Part shown: piece by piece, positions 60,601 to 64,000 of the stretch
Layout of the letters: every line of letters begins with the position of its first letter
How positions within the stretch are numbered: the stretch's first letter is position 1
Virus record (IMG/VR): IMGVR_UViG_3300033146_005439
Span: 32,001-96,000 of that record
DNA: 64,000 nt
Source: a virus
Reading direction: 5' to 3' (one strand)
Notes under the pieces: generated by a model
What the model was told of the DNA's origin: nothing
Seen by the model: the letters and a program-made list of their open reading frames with translations, nothing else
Database searches by the model: none
Program-made: the position numbers and the translations under genes

Positions 60601-62022
60601 GCTTAATTGTTTTTCAAAAATAGAAATACTATTTAAAATGTCTTTTCTTAATCTATTAGCTTTACCTACACCAGCACCTCCTGGAGTAGCTTCAGGTAAA
60701 GGTTTCTGTAAAGTACTTTTTACAACACCTAATGGAGCAGAAACTTTTTTATTAGCTACAATATGATTAACACGCTGTGGCTGAGTTGTATTCTTAAAAG
60801 AAAAAGCCTGAGTCTTGTCTTGTAACTTTTGTAAACTCTTATAAGCTTGCTCTAACTCAGAAACTAAACCTTCACCTATACCTTTTGCAGATTTAAACTT
60901 AACTATCGTAGCTTTTAAAGCATCCAACTTATCAATAATATATTTTAACTGATCTACAGCTACAGCTAAAGATCTGGGATCACCTATGACTGATGAAATA
61001 GTAGTGTCACCTTTAATTTTAAGTTTATGCTCTTCAGATAAAACTTTCTGAACTACTTCTAACTGCTGCAATAAATCTATTAAATCATTCTTTTTAACGT
61101 CTACTTTTAAAGATGCTTTTTTCTCACCTTCAATAGCTTCTATTTGATCAGTAATCTTACCTAATTTTTGAGTAGCTTCTTGGTCATCAACTTTAACTTT
61201 AACTTTAACTATTTTATCTGCTACATTTTTAAAAGTAGATACTACTGTATTTAAACTACTAACTATCTTTCTTAAATTATTTAAAGAATCTTTAGATACC
61301 TCTATTTCTGGTATATTAGCTACTTTTAATACTATATCAGAAAGAACTTTCTTTAGCCCCGAAGCATCAGCTCCTGTAGTGGAATCTAATTTTTTAATTA
61401 AAGTTGTAATTAATTTTATAAATTGTGAAAAGTCGCCTTTAAAATCTTTAAAAGGATTTTCTAACTTATAATTAGAACCTTGCTTATTATATCTGGCTAA
61501 TTCTTTGGCTAAAGCTTTAGCAATAGCTTTTGCTAAAGCATTATTATCAATATTCAAATCTGTGCGTTTAGACACAGTAGTACTAATTGATTTTGTTAAA
61601 GAAGTAATTAAACTAGCAAGTTCTTTTTGATCTTGAGATGTACCTAAAGAAGAAACAGATCGAGTTAAAGTACCTTTTAAACCTTTTAATTCTGATAATT
61701 CTTTAGCTAATACTTTAATTACTTTTACAAGATCTTGTATTTCTTTTACATTTTGGGGTTTTTGGGTAGTTTGTAGTTTACTTAAAAGTTTAGTAATTTC
61801 TGAAATTTTATTATTATACTCTTTTAATACTGCAGCCACTTCTGAAGAAGCACTACCCTTACCTTTATCACCGGCTTTTGCCGCTTTTTCTAATATAGCT
61901 ATTAATTTTTTATTAAGACGTTCTAAAGTCTGTGCAGACTTTTGTGTAGGAGCCTGAGTTTTTGTATTAGATGTAGAATCAGTATTCTTAATATTTACAG
62001 TATAAGTAGTATTATTAGCCAA
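39610..62022 (-). CDS. giant (7470 aa) tape measure protein fused to a single-chain beta/beta'-like RNA polymerase, a PD-(D/E)XK nuclease and an HEXXH metallopeptidase
   Basis: One uninterrupted ORF with a TTG start and GGAGA RBS (62031-62035), located between chaperone-like genes and baseplate genes. Domain motifs are listed in the sub-features. Confidence 0.85.
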   Translation of the reverse strand: MANNTTYTVNIKNTDSTSNTKTQAPTQKSAQTLERLNKKLIAILEKAAKAGDKGKGSASSEVAAVLKEYNNKISEITKLLSKLQTTQKPQNVKEIQDLVKVIKVLAKELSELKGLKGTLTRSVSSLGTSQDQKELASLITSLTKSISTTVSKRTDLNIDNNALAKAIAKALAKELARYNKQGSNYKLENPFKDFKGDFSQFIKLITTLIKKLDSTTGADASGLKKVLSDIVLKVANIPEIEVSKDSLNNLRKIVSSLNTVVSTFKNVADKIVKVKVKVDDQEATQKLGKITDQIEAIEGEKKASLKVDVKKNDLIDLLQQLEVVQKVLSEEHKLKIKGDTTISSVIGDPRSLAVAVDQLKYIIDKLDALKATIVKFKSAKGIGEGLVSELEQAYKSLQKLQDKTQAFSFKNTTQPQRVNHIVANKKVSAPLGVVKSTLQKPLPEATPGGAGVGKANRLRKDILNSISIFEKQLSNIDLTTLNKTLEQLSTKQGALLSKAIDDVDQSYKDITTINKEVVKVRKEEVKTTSQLNKARELEARTIQSNIRKQASTSTAGLRSFRRTVPTKAFKEMPIYPGESFIQSTSKAASSIKNPYEKEVYANAKNLAKSLQVLQKRIFDELNKGLKQSSDNSGRWNVVGKTPGQAFKLRGRQWNVDIASSKALESYTGKKGPIDKLLNDYKRKLSKQLFGEGGQKDVVSKEVEKHFDNVAEWLKNNLNTRTYDGKLKEIVNKISKDPAASTKNISDLLQKNFKDHLDELYGATLGEGEIRQLLSKQGVLKTVSLPSAKITSKGTPIVETPSGRQRALSSYSTYKSGFEKAFDTYVSELKSRGSLNSNKAMELAKGTRALDSGKVPANMDAITKALVKALALPGNTRARNLQDIGLEDVKKIYKQATIPMAIEKQRITSGTVAPVKAKTAQKEFEALINRTAASAKSVDAFIDAMDTAGMSAYKVVKSLDEISFSNFYDILNKTLPQKIEAITKHADTSERGFRKFEKAISQMEGLLPIVEYDKPRRGMHQSNIVKSMYQTSSAYQKQFKDDTEFEPMFGPEQQKEFIRNVNKRNRELLYEYQNLDKLDVPEVKTRKKQINLGNARALSSLGLPESTAGAIVDFSKNNTYNFTDEVDFKGINELNTLHGKMISLYKDDLKAMAPFGQQFQQLGRNISNVSSAKIFDPTAYAKASGIKSQFPTLRSNRENEAIMSGRMGTQGYGFNVLAELSHTASTFEDQIVVAGDLAKAVTTVTKKLVRPTSAGGKATAIQEGDISKAGSEIMSIMGVPEKYKGRADVALIKEVKKELSTVRGESTEVQTAKLAEVFMNHFGRKFTTRYGSKGVSITPTKSGSMAEILKKYKEPSIKVMTAAEQKKAGLGVAMLPKSMGELASEIIKQNASQLKGTASIPVEDLVKALKTSGNKFMLELFKNPEKGLVVGGEANVNKKVFEQTQQVFKQLGIELKDGIEGIQQLKTQYSKIFPSKSLVKAKPIDIRISSFGAAKRGLQTEALEMITGNLASTSKTGTTVIKDKIDYKKLLGPTSKKGTLSSYAATLGYAGTGKSEAAIRKAIEKMYGDKAAENKEFIDALVKLESDSSFYVDVIDELGNKHKSLVGPKFVQIIEDAKQFQEWSKGDIASGAKGLKLNLPAYAAYQSIFGPDSNMLKQINAAYDAKQAEAYENILTYLISSNKDYGEQFLKELNTVSLKDIKPFEGSFGTFEKGAANSMLGSVFDTDKFPTAFKTKLPTANRNVKEDFYVPSSIARQPFADPNVAGGYGITGTGRALQNVLTSARSLSAYQNKDLSLLNENDKKTILKYFGGNLQSKLKNTDESSKKTYIEQLFKVAEQNASSEKGLLPESIKKYNAAGLQGVGTASQKEYVAALKEAFVNNKISAKNKLGPLDRTAAELKTLLLGDYQPGKGSSGPSIVSSKKGTNAQFKVLEDIKASMGMDFNEVALFKKDENQILTKKLAQLEKAKQEYFKSLEQELVGKSGAVAQTFFTKKIPAVLAKATNAMVDKTADMKKFGSMLDNINKQYAGVIKDLGQADFTKDVSLVKSLGAEHAKKVASYKKIGLPVLKQNELGIPKKLADKLSVSYTKKFDTKGQVTKSSDVKSTLTSLLTYVEKLEKSLAEGSAQPEVRDYIDKELAPYIESVRFPFTGTSSVQPYKAKLLKTTKGLNEDSLLVPGVPEMDVNKFDALFKSIKARMEQASTKREELRTIGTPETNQKADELTKYIDALSKALSDALPKYIAQAQKLDYDGDQIEIHTATIKEARQEIKRHFDLLTKEVDSTAARFRDVFTYDAMQPTQGAAPLAFMAKAYTKKFPKEHGFDYLQKPFYTENLSYLSNKEKINILASKKVDTDNLTGPDAVNTLMTEMFTKAGASFKSIEGVETLDEAAQKAAEALDKLTEQDKPMAGLVEGYLKESLSNLKFDNAVNAQLFKLHTGTDVESLTKLMRSYEAQIGFGSGEINNARSGNKLDRTNLLRERQTQLNELYRFAVQKGMDVKHAGETPVAGELSSLLTKGPKALEVLIGKIKAGGNYGGLKDFMEENDKALKLNLGRYKTEDLRKAAQEPYMNIQNAEQLNRPELVNAMVKAMGFEGFLRSLQKSIEKQAIAYLSQTKDEKTGEPLGEAGAKKYLTSLYEKGKGINMSKMVTEPFDPLYKYRTGAASGRLKSGLMETFASDIKHPTKDTRGGAYSLMTGSFSKDLQRVNSSIDSKKLEAMGLAIENITFDSAKSVQSLRAFIDELDSLETALRIAPISVNKRTQILQSKSVIGKLTNKPAPPKSGMSEEELISFYKAYDSFIETKALLTERIKRLNTALSVQAKDITSTSTTELPRRNQIQETRAKLAEAKYNRAKGLSGAQSKSGGVLPPTPTEPSVGKYSMGSGIVPVHLVSVNSDVFTKFANTFSMVKAAANTVSAGSDQTTYINKLKDIAARASGGANELKDASFETMYRASAFHGGGKFSFKENYKGPDFEKQVASIKETMLGTAMKDVDKDLLDSTSLIGTALHEMIEDRMVEASNKIKGQGTPIIEKFVSYADDAVGAITGHVDAILTNAEGKMTTAVDIKTVSGKLKDTLGKAVEGAGSADVGAVLGKLGNKKSSSYARYKIEEVRSQLNFYMKALQEAGDDVQQAEVHFYDRMGDPKNEKPVVVRFKFDENLFKKDMKAIKVAREAIQKEIASGKPISFAKTGSLETLSKIAKEESLYKAKGAQVPGRPSKSEIQELLKGGRSYYEAYRNKGAFYKSKGTGSAGISQDQINKFTKPEYQKPQTLNLTPYSGSGPVAELKNIKLLRAAAKTMQASHGVDLEKAAKELPRQAQDMIEGAKTGNVKASDFFKYIKDVQILDKSRENPELDGAKLANAWKLFKDAQLEYLIKKAEQAKQYLENVKKTEDSRQISLAYTDFTKAVGDVQAHVKKGVGKRSDIYTRNKVWSQPDIAKAAGVYMSPSEIESKAAVDIEGDSDLYETYKKIVGDLSGDKRDAMASPMEKARFAIKSLTSMDDELIKLMEDGKLLERLGPEIAEAWDFKGGAQKITRLRDALELFKQYNVSDSPLSVERKNLEQTIKMLKDAENKLTYMDLGRQTTKKGPGAWGETGVVSVPKWLDPKTQEALNKRNIAKIRDYMKTPAAKGGAKVGETYIYKAKVFDQAGNAVKNVQTAFTKYKEVVDATGNTIGKFTTKQIDMNESLAGSHRGIQGAIKRAVMWGAASTIVYGGFNKLKESVGVLADIEVQMASLRMVMNPLTSDFDNLQKSAINMAKQYGVAVTDVLQGMKVFAQQGLPEPQILERTQTATLAANVTTLNAKDATEALTAAMKVFNKEGKTSMHFLDAWSEVESKHAITAGDMADAIKKAASAAKNAGFTFDQLNGIVAAIGSTTRQSGKEVGTSMRFIMRRLTSEKGPKELGKLGISTITGSGELKGGFNILDELAGKWKDLTQAQKMNIAQAIGGTRQYNALLVLMDNWGQALEAIRHSVDSKGSAERKNQELMKTYAKQLEQTKAAMVELQTSVGKVAFPVFKFGLKAVKTIAETLAGIPDSIKAAGAAMLGFLVFLSKGDKIISSIADTLSTGTPVAGGLFGSIKDELKTAAFEILGAGAGTTSVRGLKTVTPGVVSGVAGGKQLSDFNSALGKSTYLIANLGKKFNSYVAATAKGTASATGFVGKTLKKIGNFLSFTSTALSGASSAGVKDKGEDTTWKDIGLRAAGTYGSAKGVKELFKKYGFKSLGKLAGATTAVAGEFVGLGASAAGMFVDAFSKKLGAGGDLFKEWAGKNSGLVESIAPLGLTIMTLLPAFKSLSKEFIASMQSAEAFEKSMYGLKRSQEDQLKTLRNVAHGYSTFKKGYQDIIKSMSPAAQKESKRLGTYRSPLLEMVDKQQEATKMANDLAKVNNSLVAGYDELGNAVLKASGDFENLFSVLEKSKLREMAKTDVSIASKYIKDMTATGGSEKWKYELKALAKEVPAIGGLLSKGINVTPAKALKEAVKELNYMMSQKNKYSLSDIYDKDISKLQEKVTKLSDKLKGSYEGFRKTLSSMSLKGLPTDEISRILSSPELQKGYEMALKIEPKFQVGAMKGKASWQDVLGQEVMKRVYPTKSGLLDVTKELTTANVESAGIAKRQGKVLSGDIVTFMDDAAKKFNMAGRQAIVEYKKTIDGTYDWVATYFNTKTLKVETHKFDSNMQAIVDSVLPVRQIEKDLSDRIGALNEFMAGAGAGLRGISPKDFKRNFNLGERFFSEISTSTILQGAKGYNPLEKSFGKSPFQKGWAADFKKYYAKPMEEYRFLLERLQKMKLDGIDAKSIKMTTGLYDQIVQLQNVLKNNQIIMQYRAAFVDLTKAMEANSRATAENVAVTESRLKLTRETAGLMSGKSKELANLDLGIQDKTKLTAQQRLLIKNPKFEAMAKQLKVLEAKREGTANNIYAIDKTKVALDSIRKVSKGFGTAVKPEDFQKYLTEVAGPGNELKELKVDTTKTAENTANTVDRLDKLIERFDKQGEVRNLSTLLDDLMLTPNDIVSALLPGFVTESGKIVSALDRVAKIRDTAAKTGDSEMLIKSNRALDLLTKRLISREGLAGAAKMIDNKSVGGPGSYSSKEMYSRAFAGMNANTLLGELRNKMPDERKWFGLRSKGGTPEFDKQVATLEALQKENKTKVAESSLLNSKNMAGLAAGTAVFATYKRNYTSKKIEAIDQELKKLSERALKAGEVVSSTITPEGKKYKLSGEYGKRQEELLAQKAQEYKKARFYGSLQGMSAGTGAATLFARKMGLSDKWSMRSGAVGGAIGTYAAAKMQTGLTGEELPESFKKYGQALKDFAKTVSESEGIFGKVKEFFAFRGLKKASSTFMKDFAEESLGIKEVAGATKPKSVREDYIKPGMEKASDKMNEAADKMKEAVDKMATKKDNKAFGGYVQSFAQGGVVKGPGTGTSDSILLQDVPEGSFVIPSKYANKAKALIAKSSYATNNTGSSGKTATIRVSNGELIIPPTMAKAIGRDKLLKLQKGQLDTLAHGGIIGSFAAGGEVKGPTVSVDPIDYNKVAQIATAATASTLARYVAEKDTQKVRAADLKQGADVEAAKLRAIISENSVAAQQVYDELHKQTVNSTKVGGNQSTVKESTILDSEEAYKKAVKDTEKLKKNLETTFDDTTEDVKKLKAELTKLELAEKFKIQLETIERDIKNTNFAKDIQDSLKIGKGIYAGMSVPSTNISLGETSMRGLDKFQLMQLLEGRKEPKTLVEKTSSFFKSPTDTTKALTAYKSLDRLIIDAQSRINAMVSNRSQAVNSGEQKKWDTLIKKESDKLAKLVKSQLAHGGALLKASLLAEQALNRFSSATDMTAELMSQRLDDLNSLQNQGFNGNLRGTPSGLQLIPNNINDLNVEQFMGLAGGAKAKNLMRSYKDRQFLYEAKLAERSSIAKQLALKTQEYNALPSNKGWFSTSESVVQKQVRLELELLSKSAKETDNVLNKLKKELVSISLTLNGFKSLSAAMLQLEQGISQATDSLSGLKYGSFEAKRSLESMYGGSSSFAPQFIDPYAQYKASKAGVQLTLGASNQFDIKRANLMEQLRTSKGTQRSDILTQLNLIPSEKAAYKKSEKLQQISDITRTNFAPIKEFADKLSSFANNPNYNFNEEQRGYFGQQASKLYDMIKQAGENTRNNAVAQKPDMTILEDIKTGLINKAFGGDETKYADYFKNANTPVVNALDSQTLILAKILEVMSGGKEQAKDTLSTLGIDSTKFFPEDELKSFGDKLKTLFQHVLPGSIPFSSKTMPFSPARYFKKLTSEEKALGGTIGTTIKGPGTGTSDSISMRVPEGSFIIQSKYANKAKTSLNNFAKGGVPVNVSNGELLLTPDEVKAIGGVTAARKLNQGKGYASGGGVFNWLSTQAGKGIQSLEDYRLKGTHNILGQAGAATLELGARVGKTLALDPLKTIENISTYQAQKGMKTTLAKGVSMAKGVGSFVSNLNIEQLKEIGASVKTSFMGDIKKGGLGVTSGILSALAGTALSGGVASRLKGFNPLSNEIGAIGTNVKSGGSSIASLMARASGLPADVLPGYTKTVSSVMSKYKDILGDVDLDVSALSAINKKKGNLGRAYKDLRTGRSKVDIAAGNIYNPNVKVLSGHMRSIAQDQDKLLRATMVHEIGHVASRKFLEDAPDLHKYWRNLALKDKYATEYAKESLKNYRSMGADELKLSDEPLAELFRLHDLAGIKEPMYSAQTPNEIKKMFVKILTNKNVQKEFKINRQVPKGVPYVGDATKDFYKFALGGSIKNKKHVYTNLFGPGIQKLNSKGAWEEMVLPELQTISEYFKSQGIDANKIDNYYRNKKKYRGEDVTRATNRTMFAPAPSFMDLNSQRKRITKAGFKTISDATLLKMVGNTGLRGGVKVNNASPMIKDNYLGYYTNSYDMHVANRANVFDQQKKEMKARRILRSRQLSAARPDYEALRKDDLNKYKMSGGIDIFGKASADVEAMPSRAKNTKYDVTTKSGKLFKDIDSLLRFGGDEAKLTKFIEANKGNMNIAVFGDTDVANIKNWADVKNPKTKALMMKSLVEGTKTLQGMMSQYKNTSDVVEKSNLFANMRYLFEDKLAGTVFKNVAEKRDTFDLSGGRNRRYFPVSVSYLKHIGIDSAGINQRIKDGSIYKDTKTGKLYVDRKEFSSFIGSSYFKTPGISSKSSVIKAGTEENAFMNIITKDYSPEAFLKKHLLGGFVKGHKHTGGMINSTGNYFLEKGELVVSKNFKNGGLALSDELDSKSLNIPTTSITIDNIGELNKAIEELKSVEFKVDVSDTKVPVDVSDATVKVDVGDAKVPVDVNDAKVSVDVGEAKIGVDVTGVKVPVDLPEATIKVDTSSFEAAVNKLTSLNLEGVGAAVGAEKNDQLATVLDNLSNQITDLKVRHTEDITMLNTKIEDTSSIAVLSDIQEKHTLDTAYLEKQINDLISDLNVLRSDKSGLSQEMNTRFMEQEAKLNRILTHVYSVSALGGLYNG
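40024..40221 (-). repeat. about seven tandem 27-bp (9-aa) repeats near the C-terminus of the giant protein
   Basis: VDVSDTKVP VDVSDATVK VDVGDAKVP VDVNDAKVS VDVGEAKIG VDVTGVKVP VDLPEATIK VD. Confidence 0.9.
41930..42330 (-). other. zincin-like metallopeptidase domain within the giant protein
   Basis: TMVHEIGH (42130-42144, H6627-H6631), then TEYA and a downstream EPLAELF carrying the candidate third ligand. Confidence 0.7.
49850..50930 (-). other. tape measure core domain (TP901/PhageMin_Tail-like)
   Basis: AVMWGAASTIVYGG...AINMAKQYG...FAQQG...ATEALTAAM...TRQSGKEVGTSMRFI...ELAGKWKDLT...IAQAIGGTRQYNALLVLMDNW, followed by hydrophobic segments (AAMLGFLVFL). Confidence 0.85.
52510..53175 (-). 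other. PD-(D/E)XK (RecB/Cas4-like) nuclease domain within the giant protein
   Basis: RASAF, GTALHEMIE (H3007), IIEK, ITGHVDAIL (D3048), VDIKT (D3063/K3065), QLNFY (Q3113). Confidence 0.8.
54450..56800 (-). other. RNA polymerase beta'-like region of the giant protein (~aa 1740-2520)
   Basis: FYVPSSIARQP (cf. LPVLPPDLRP); LVGKSGAVAQTFFTKKI (IKGKQGRFRQNLLGKRV); LKQNELGIPKKLA (LRLHQCGLPKKMA); VRFP at ~55579-55590 (NRAP); LDYDGDQIEIHTATIKEARQE with DYDGD at 55264-55278 ([21 protein letters not shown]). Confidence 0.88.
57050..59690 (-). other. RNA polymerase beta-like region of the giant protein (~aa 780-1660)
   Basis: Colinear beta motifs: SLPSAKITSKGTPIV..GRQRAL (cf. IPLMTDNGTFVINGTERV); RGMHQS (RDVHPT); GYGFNVLAEL..TFEDQIVV at 58327-58350 (GQNMRVAF..NFEDSI); GRKFTTRYGSKGV at 58021-58059 (GDKMAGRHGNKGV); PIDIRISSFGAAKR (PVDIVLNPLGVPSR); VGPKFV (VGYMYM); GLKLNLPAYAAY (GQRFGEMEVWALEAY). 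Confidence 0.85.
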
Positions 62023-62043
62023 TTTTATTTTCTCCCAAAATAA

Positions 62044-63066
62044 TTATCTTCTTTTTGATACAGTGCGTTTTTTTATATCAGCACGATCTTTAATTACTTG
62101 TGCCTCACGAGGTTTATCATATTCTATATCTTGATATAATTCATTAGACTGTGTAATAATAACCTCTTCTGCATCAAAAGCTGATAAAGGTCCCTTACCT
62201 TTAGCTTTATTACTACGTGCTATAGAAGCTTCATTACTTAATTCTTTATAATATTCCTCCATAAATTTATCTAATAATTCATCATCTTCTATCACATCAT
62301 CTGAAGGCCTTTGATCAGGCATCATATTATAAACATTGTCATAAAAATTAGACCAATAAACTAAATTTAATTGATCTGTAGTATATTCAGAAGTTGCTCT
62401 ATTAAACAAACATTCTGATGTTTTCATACTAGTTGTATATCTTATTCTCCATAAGGTGCTACGCGCTAAAAAACGTATTATACTAGTATCTAAACCATTT
62501 AATAAAGTTATAAAAGTTGATAATGCTGTATTTTTTAATGTGGAAGGAGATGCCTGCATATAAGCAGTGTAAGTTGGCCATAATAAATTACCAGTCATAT
62601 CAAATAAACTAGCCCAACACATAAATTGGTTCTTTATCTCTTCAGCTTTAGATTCCGCCGACATCATTAATTTAGAATGTTTTTTATAAATAATAGCATC
62701 TATCTCTGATTGTAAATTAGCTATTACTATTTTTATTCTTTCTTGATTAGCCCGCACCTTTAAAGTTTTAGATAATAATACTTGTTGAGCTTCTAATTTA
62801 CCACGTAGTTTATTTAAAGCATCTGTGTCTTCTTCAGTAAAAACACCTCTTTCCTCTAACAACTTTTCAAATTCTTGCAAAGGTAATAAACCTTCTTTTA
62901 ATGCTTCTTGATAAGCATTATCATAAATTAAATTTGCTTGTTGTTTTACCTCTAATCTAGGGTAAGTTACTACTATAAAATCTTGCCTATCTTCTACAAA
63001 TAAATATTCTTTCCCAGAAGAAATTCTACTAAGATAATTATCTATCTCTTCATGACTTAAAATCAT
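62044..63066 (-). CDS. putative tail assembly chaperone (long form)
   Basis: Immediately upstream of the tape measure gene; helical and acidic; N-terminal ~190 aa similar to the upstream 246-aa protein. Confidence 0.55.
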   Translation of the reverse strand: MILSHEEIDNYLSRISSGKEYLFVEDRQDFIVVTYPRLEVKQQANLIYDNAYQEALKEGLLPLQEFEKLLEERGVFTEEDTDALNKLRGKLEAQQVLLSKTLKVRANQERIKIVIANLQSEIDAIIYKKHSKLMMSAESKAEEIKNQFMCWASLFDMTGNLLWPTYTAYMQASPSTLKNTALSTFITLLNGLDTSIIRFLARSTLWRIRYTTSMKTSECLFNRATSEYTTDQLNLVYWSNFYDNVYNMMPDQRPSDDVIEDDELLDKFMEEYYKELSNEASIARSNKAKGKGPLSAFDAEEVIITQSNELYQDIEYDKPREAQVIKDRADIKKRTVSKRR

Positions 63067-63092
63067 TACTAACCTCTAAAGGTGCCGTTCCT

Positions 63093-63136
63093 TATAATAA
63101 AAGTGGTTAGTTAAATAACCAACCACTTTTACTATA
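63093..63136 (-). terminator. long hairpin, probable intrinsic terminator or RNA processing site
   Basis: Minus strand TATAGTAAAAGTGGTTGGTT-ATTT-AACTAACCACTTTTATTATA: a 20-bp stem whose two mismatches are G:U pairs only on the minus strand, with a U-rich 3' arm. Confidence 0.75.
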
Positions 63137-63155
63137 ATTTTTTATAATTTATATA

Positions 63156-63896
63156 TTATTTTTTAGTAGAACGTTTAGCTGTAGTTTTCCTTGTGGTTTT
63201 CTTACGTGTTCTTTTAACAGGTTTTTTCACTTCAGTTTTTTCTTCGGCGGCTTCTTCTGACATTTCTGCCATAACATTAGCCAAAGTCTCTTGTTCTATT
63301 TCACGCATAACTATAGCTTCAGGTGTTTGTTCCATAAAATCACTTTCTAAACCTTGTAAATAAAGCATTACTTCAAACCTAGCTTTTTGAGCTAAACCTT
63401 GTTCTTTTTCTACAAGATACTCATCAAAACTATTCCATACTCTATTACCATCAGCATCTACAACAATACAAGAAGTTAAAAATTCTAACCTAGTATCATC
63501 TGCTATCTGCTCACAAGTATTTGCTAAGGGAGCCTGCAAACGTTGATTCCATTGAAATAATTCATCTCTAGCAGCAGCCACTTCTAAAGCCAAAGTCTGT
63601 TTTTCTTCAGTTGTTGATGCAGCAGCTAAAGCGTCTATTTTAACATTTAAAATTTCCGCTAATTCATTAGATCTCTGCTCAAATTCTGGCCCAATGATAC
63701 CACGACGCATTAAGATATCTGTCATTTCTGCTGTAGTAGTAATACCTTCTACTAAACTTTTAGTATAAGCTTTACTATACTCCCAATCAGCCCCTCTAAT
63801 ATCCTCAGCTGTAGGAGCTACTATATAGTAAGTAGCATCGCCATCTATACCTAAAAAAGACCTTAAACCTTCTGTATTAAATTCTTGTTCACTCAT
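63156..63896 (-). CDS. putative tail assembly chaperone (short form) with basic C-terminal tail
   Basis: Acidic helical protein two genes before the tape measure gene; ends KKPVKRTRKKTTRKTTAKRSTKK. Confidence 0.55.
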   Translation of the reverse strand: MSEQEFNTEGLRSFLGIDGDATYYIVAPTAEDIRGADWEYSKAYTKSLVEGITTTAEMTDILMRRGIIGPEFEQRSNELAEILNVKIDALAAASTTEEKQTLALEVAAARDELFQWNQRLQAPLANTCEQIADDTRLEFLTSCIVVDADGNRVWNSFDEYLVEKEQGLAQKARFEVMLYLQGLESDFMEQTPEAIVMREIEQETLANVMAEMSEEAAEEKTEVKKPVKRTRKKTTRKTTAKRSTKK

Positions 63897-63911
63897 AATA
63901 TCACCTTTTCC

Positions 63912-64000
63912 TTATTTTTTATGTTTAATCTCAATAATTTCCTCAGTTTTAGGCACATACTTAATATCATAATCTGATAAATTAGCATTAATTGTACGAA
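63912..64000 (-). CDS. 3' end of a gene starting outside the window
   Basis: Open frame ...RTINANLSDYDIKYVPKTEEIIEIKHKK* ending at TAA 63914-63912, just before the RBS of the next gene. Confidence 0.55.
   Translation of the reverse strand, partial: RTINANLSDYDIKYVPKTEEIIEIKHKK

Noticed and set aside
39610-62022. Intein or intron explaining the size of the giant gene
   Set aside because: No Cys-initiated splicing block or LAGLIDADG/HNH motifs were recognised, and the frame is uninterrupted.
1-64000. Alternative genetic code (stop-codon reassignment) as seen in some large phages
   Set aside because: Standard-code ORFs already tile the window with very small gaps, and TAA, TGA and TAG all end genes.

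Overview
AT-rich, gene-dense segment of what is very probably a large (jumbo) tailed phage genome. All credible genes are on the minus strand and read in the standard genetic code. In transcription order (right to left) it holds: a pair of paralogous tail-assembly-chaperone-like genes; a 22.4-kb, 7470-aa gene; baseplate hub/spike/tube-like genes; a ~30-kb block of large beta-rich virion structural and adhesion proteins; and a replication/recombination operon (sliding clamp DnaN, RecA, a DUF559/Vsr-like nuclease, DnaB helicase, DnaG primase) behind a sigma70-type promoter. The main finding is the 7470-aa protein. It sits in the tape-measure position and has a tape-measure core. Its N-terminal half carries, in the correct order, the catalytic motifs of both the beta and beta' subunits of a two-barrel RNA polymerase (FEDQ, K..RYGSKG, RFP, DYDGD). 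These are followed by a PD-(D/E)XK nuclease and, near the C-terminus, an HEXXH metallopeptidase. This suggests a tail-delivered single-chain RNA polymerase/effector polyprotein. All assignments come from motif recognition by eye; no database searches were run. No tRNA, rRNA, CRISPR array or IS element was seen.
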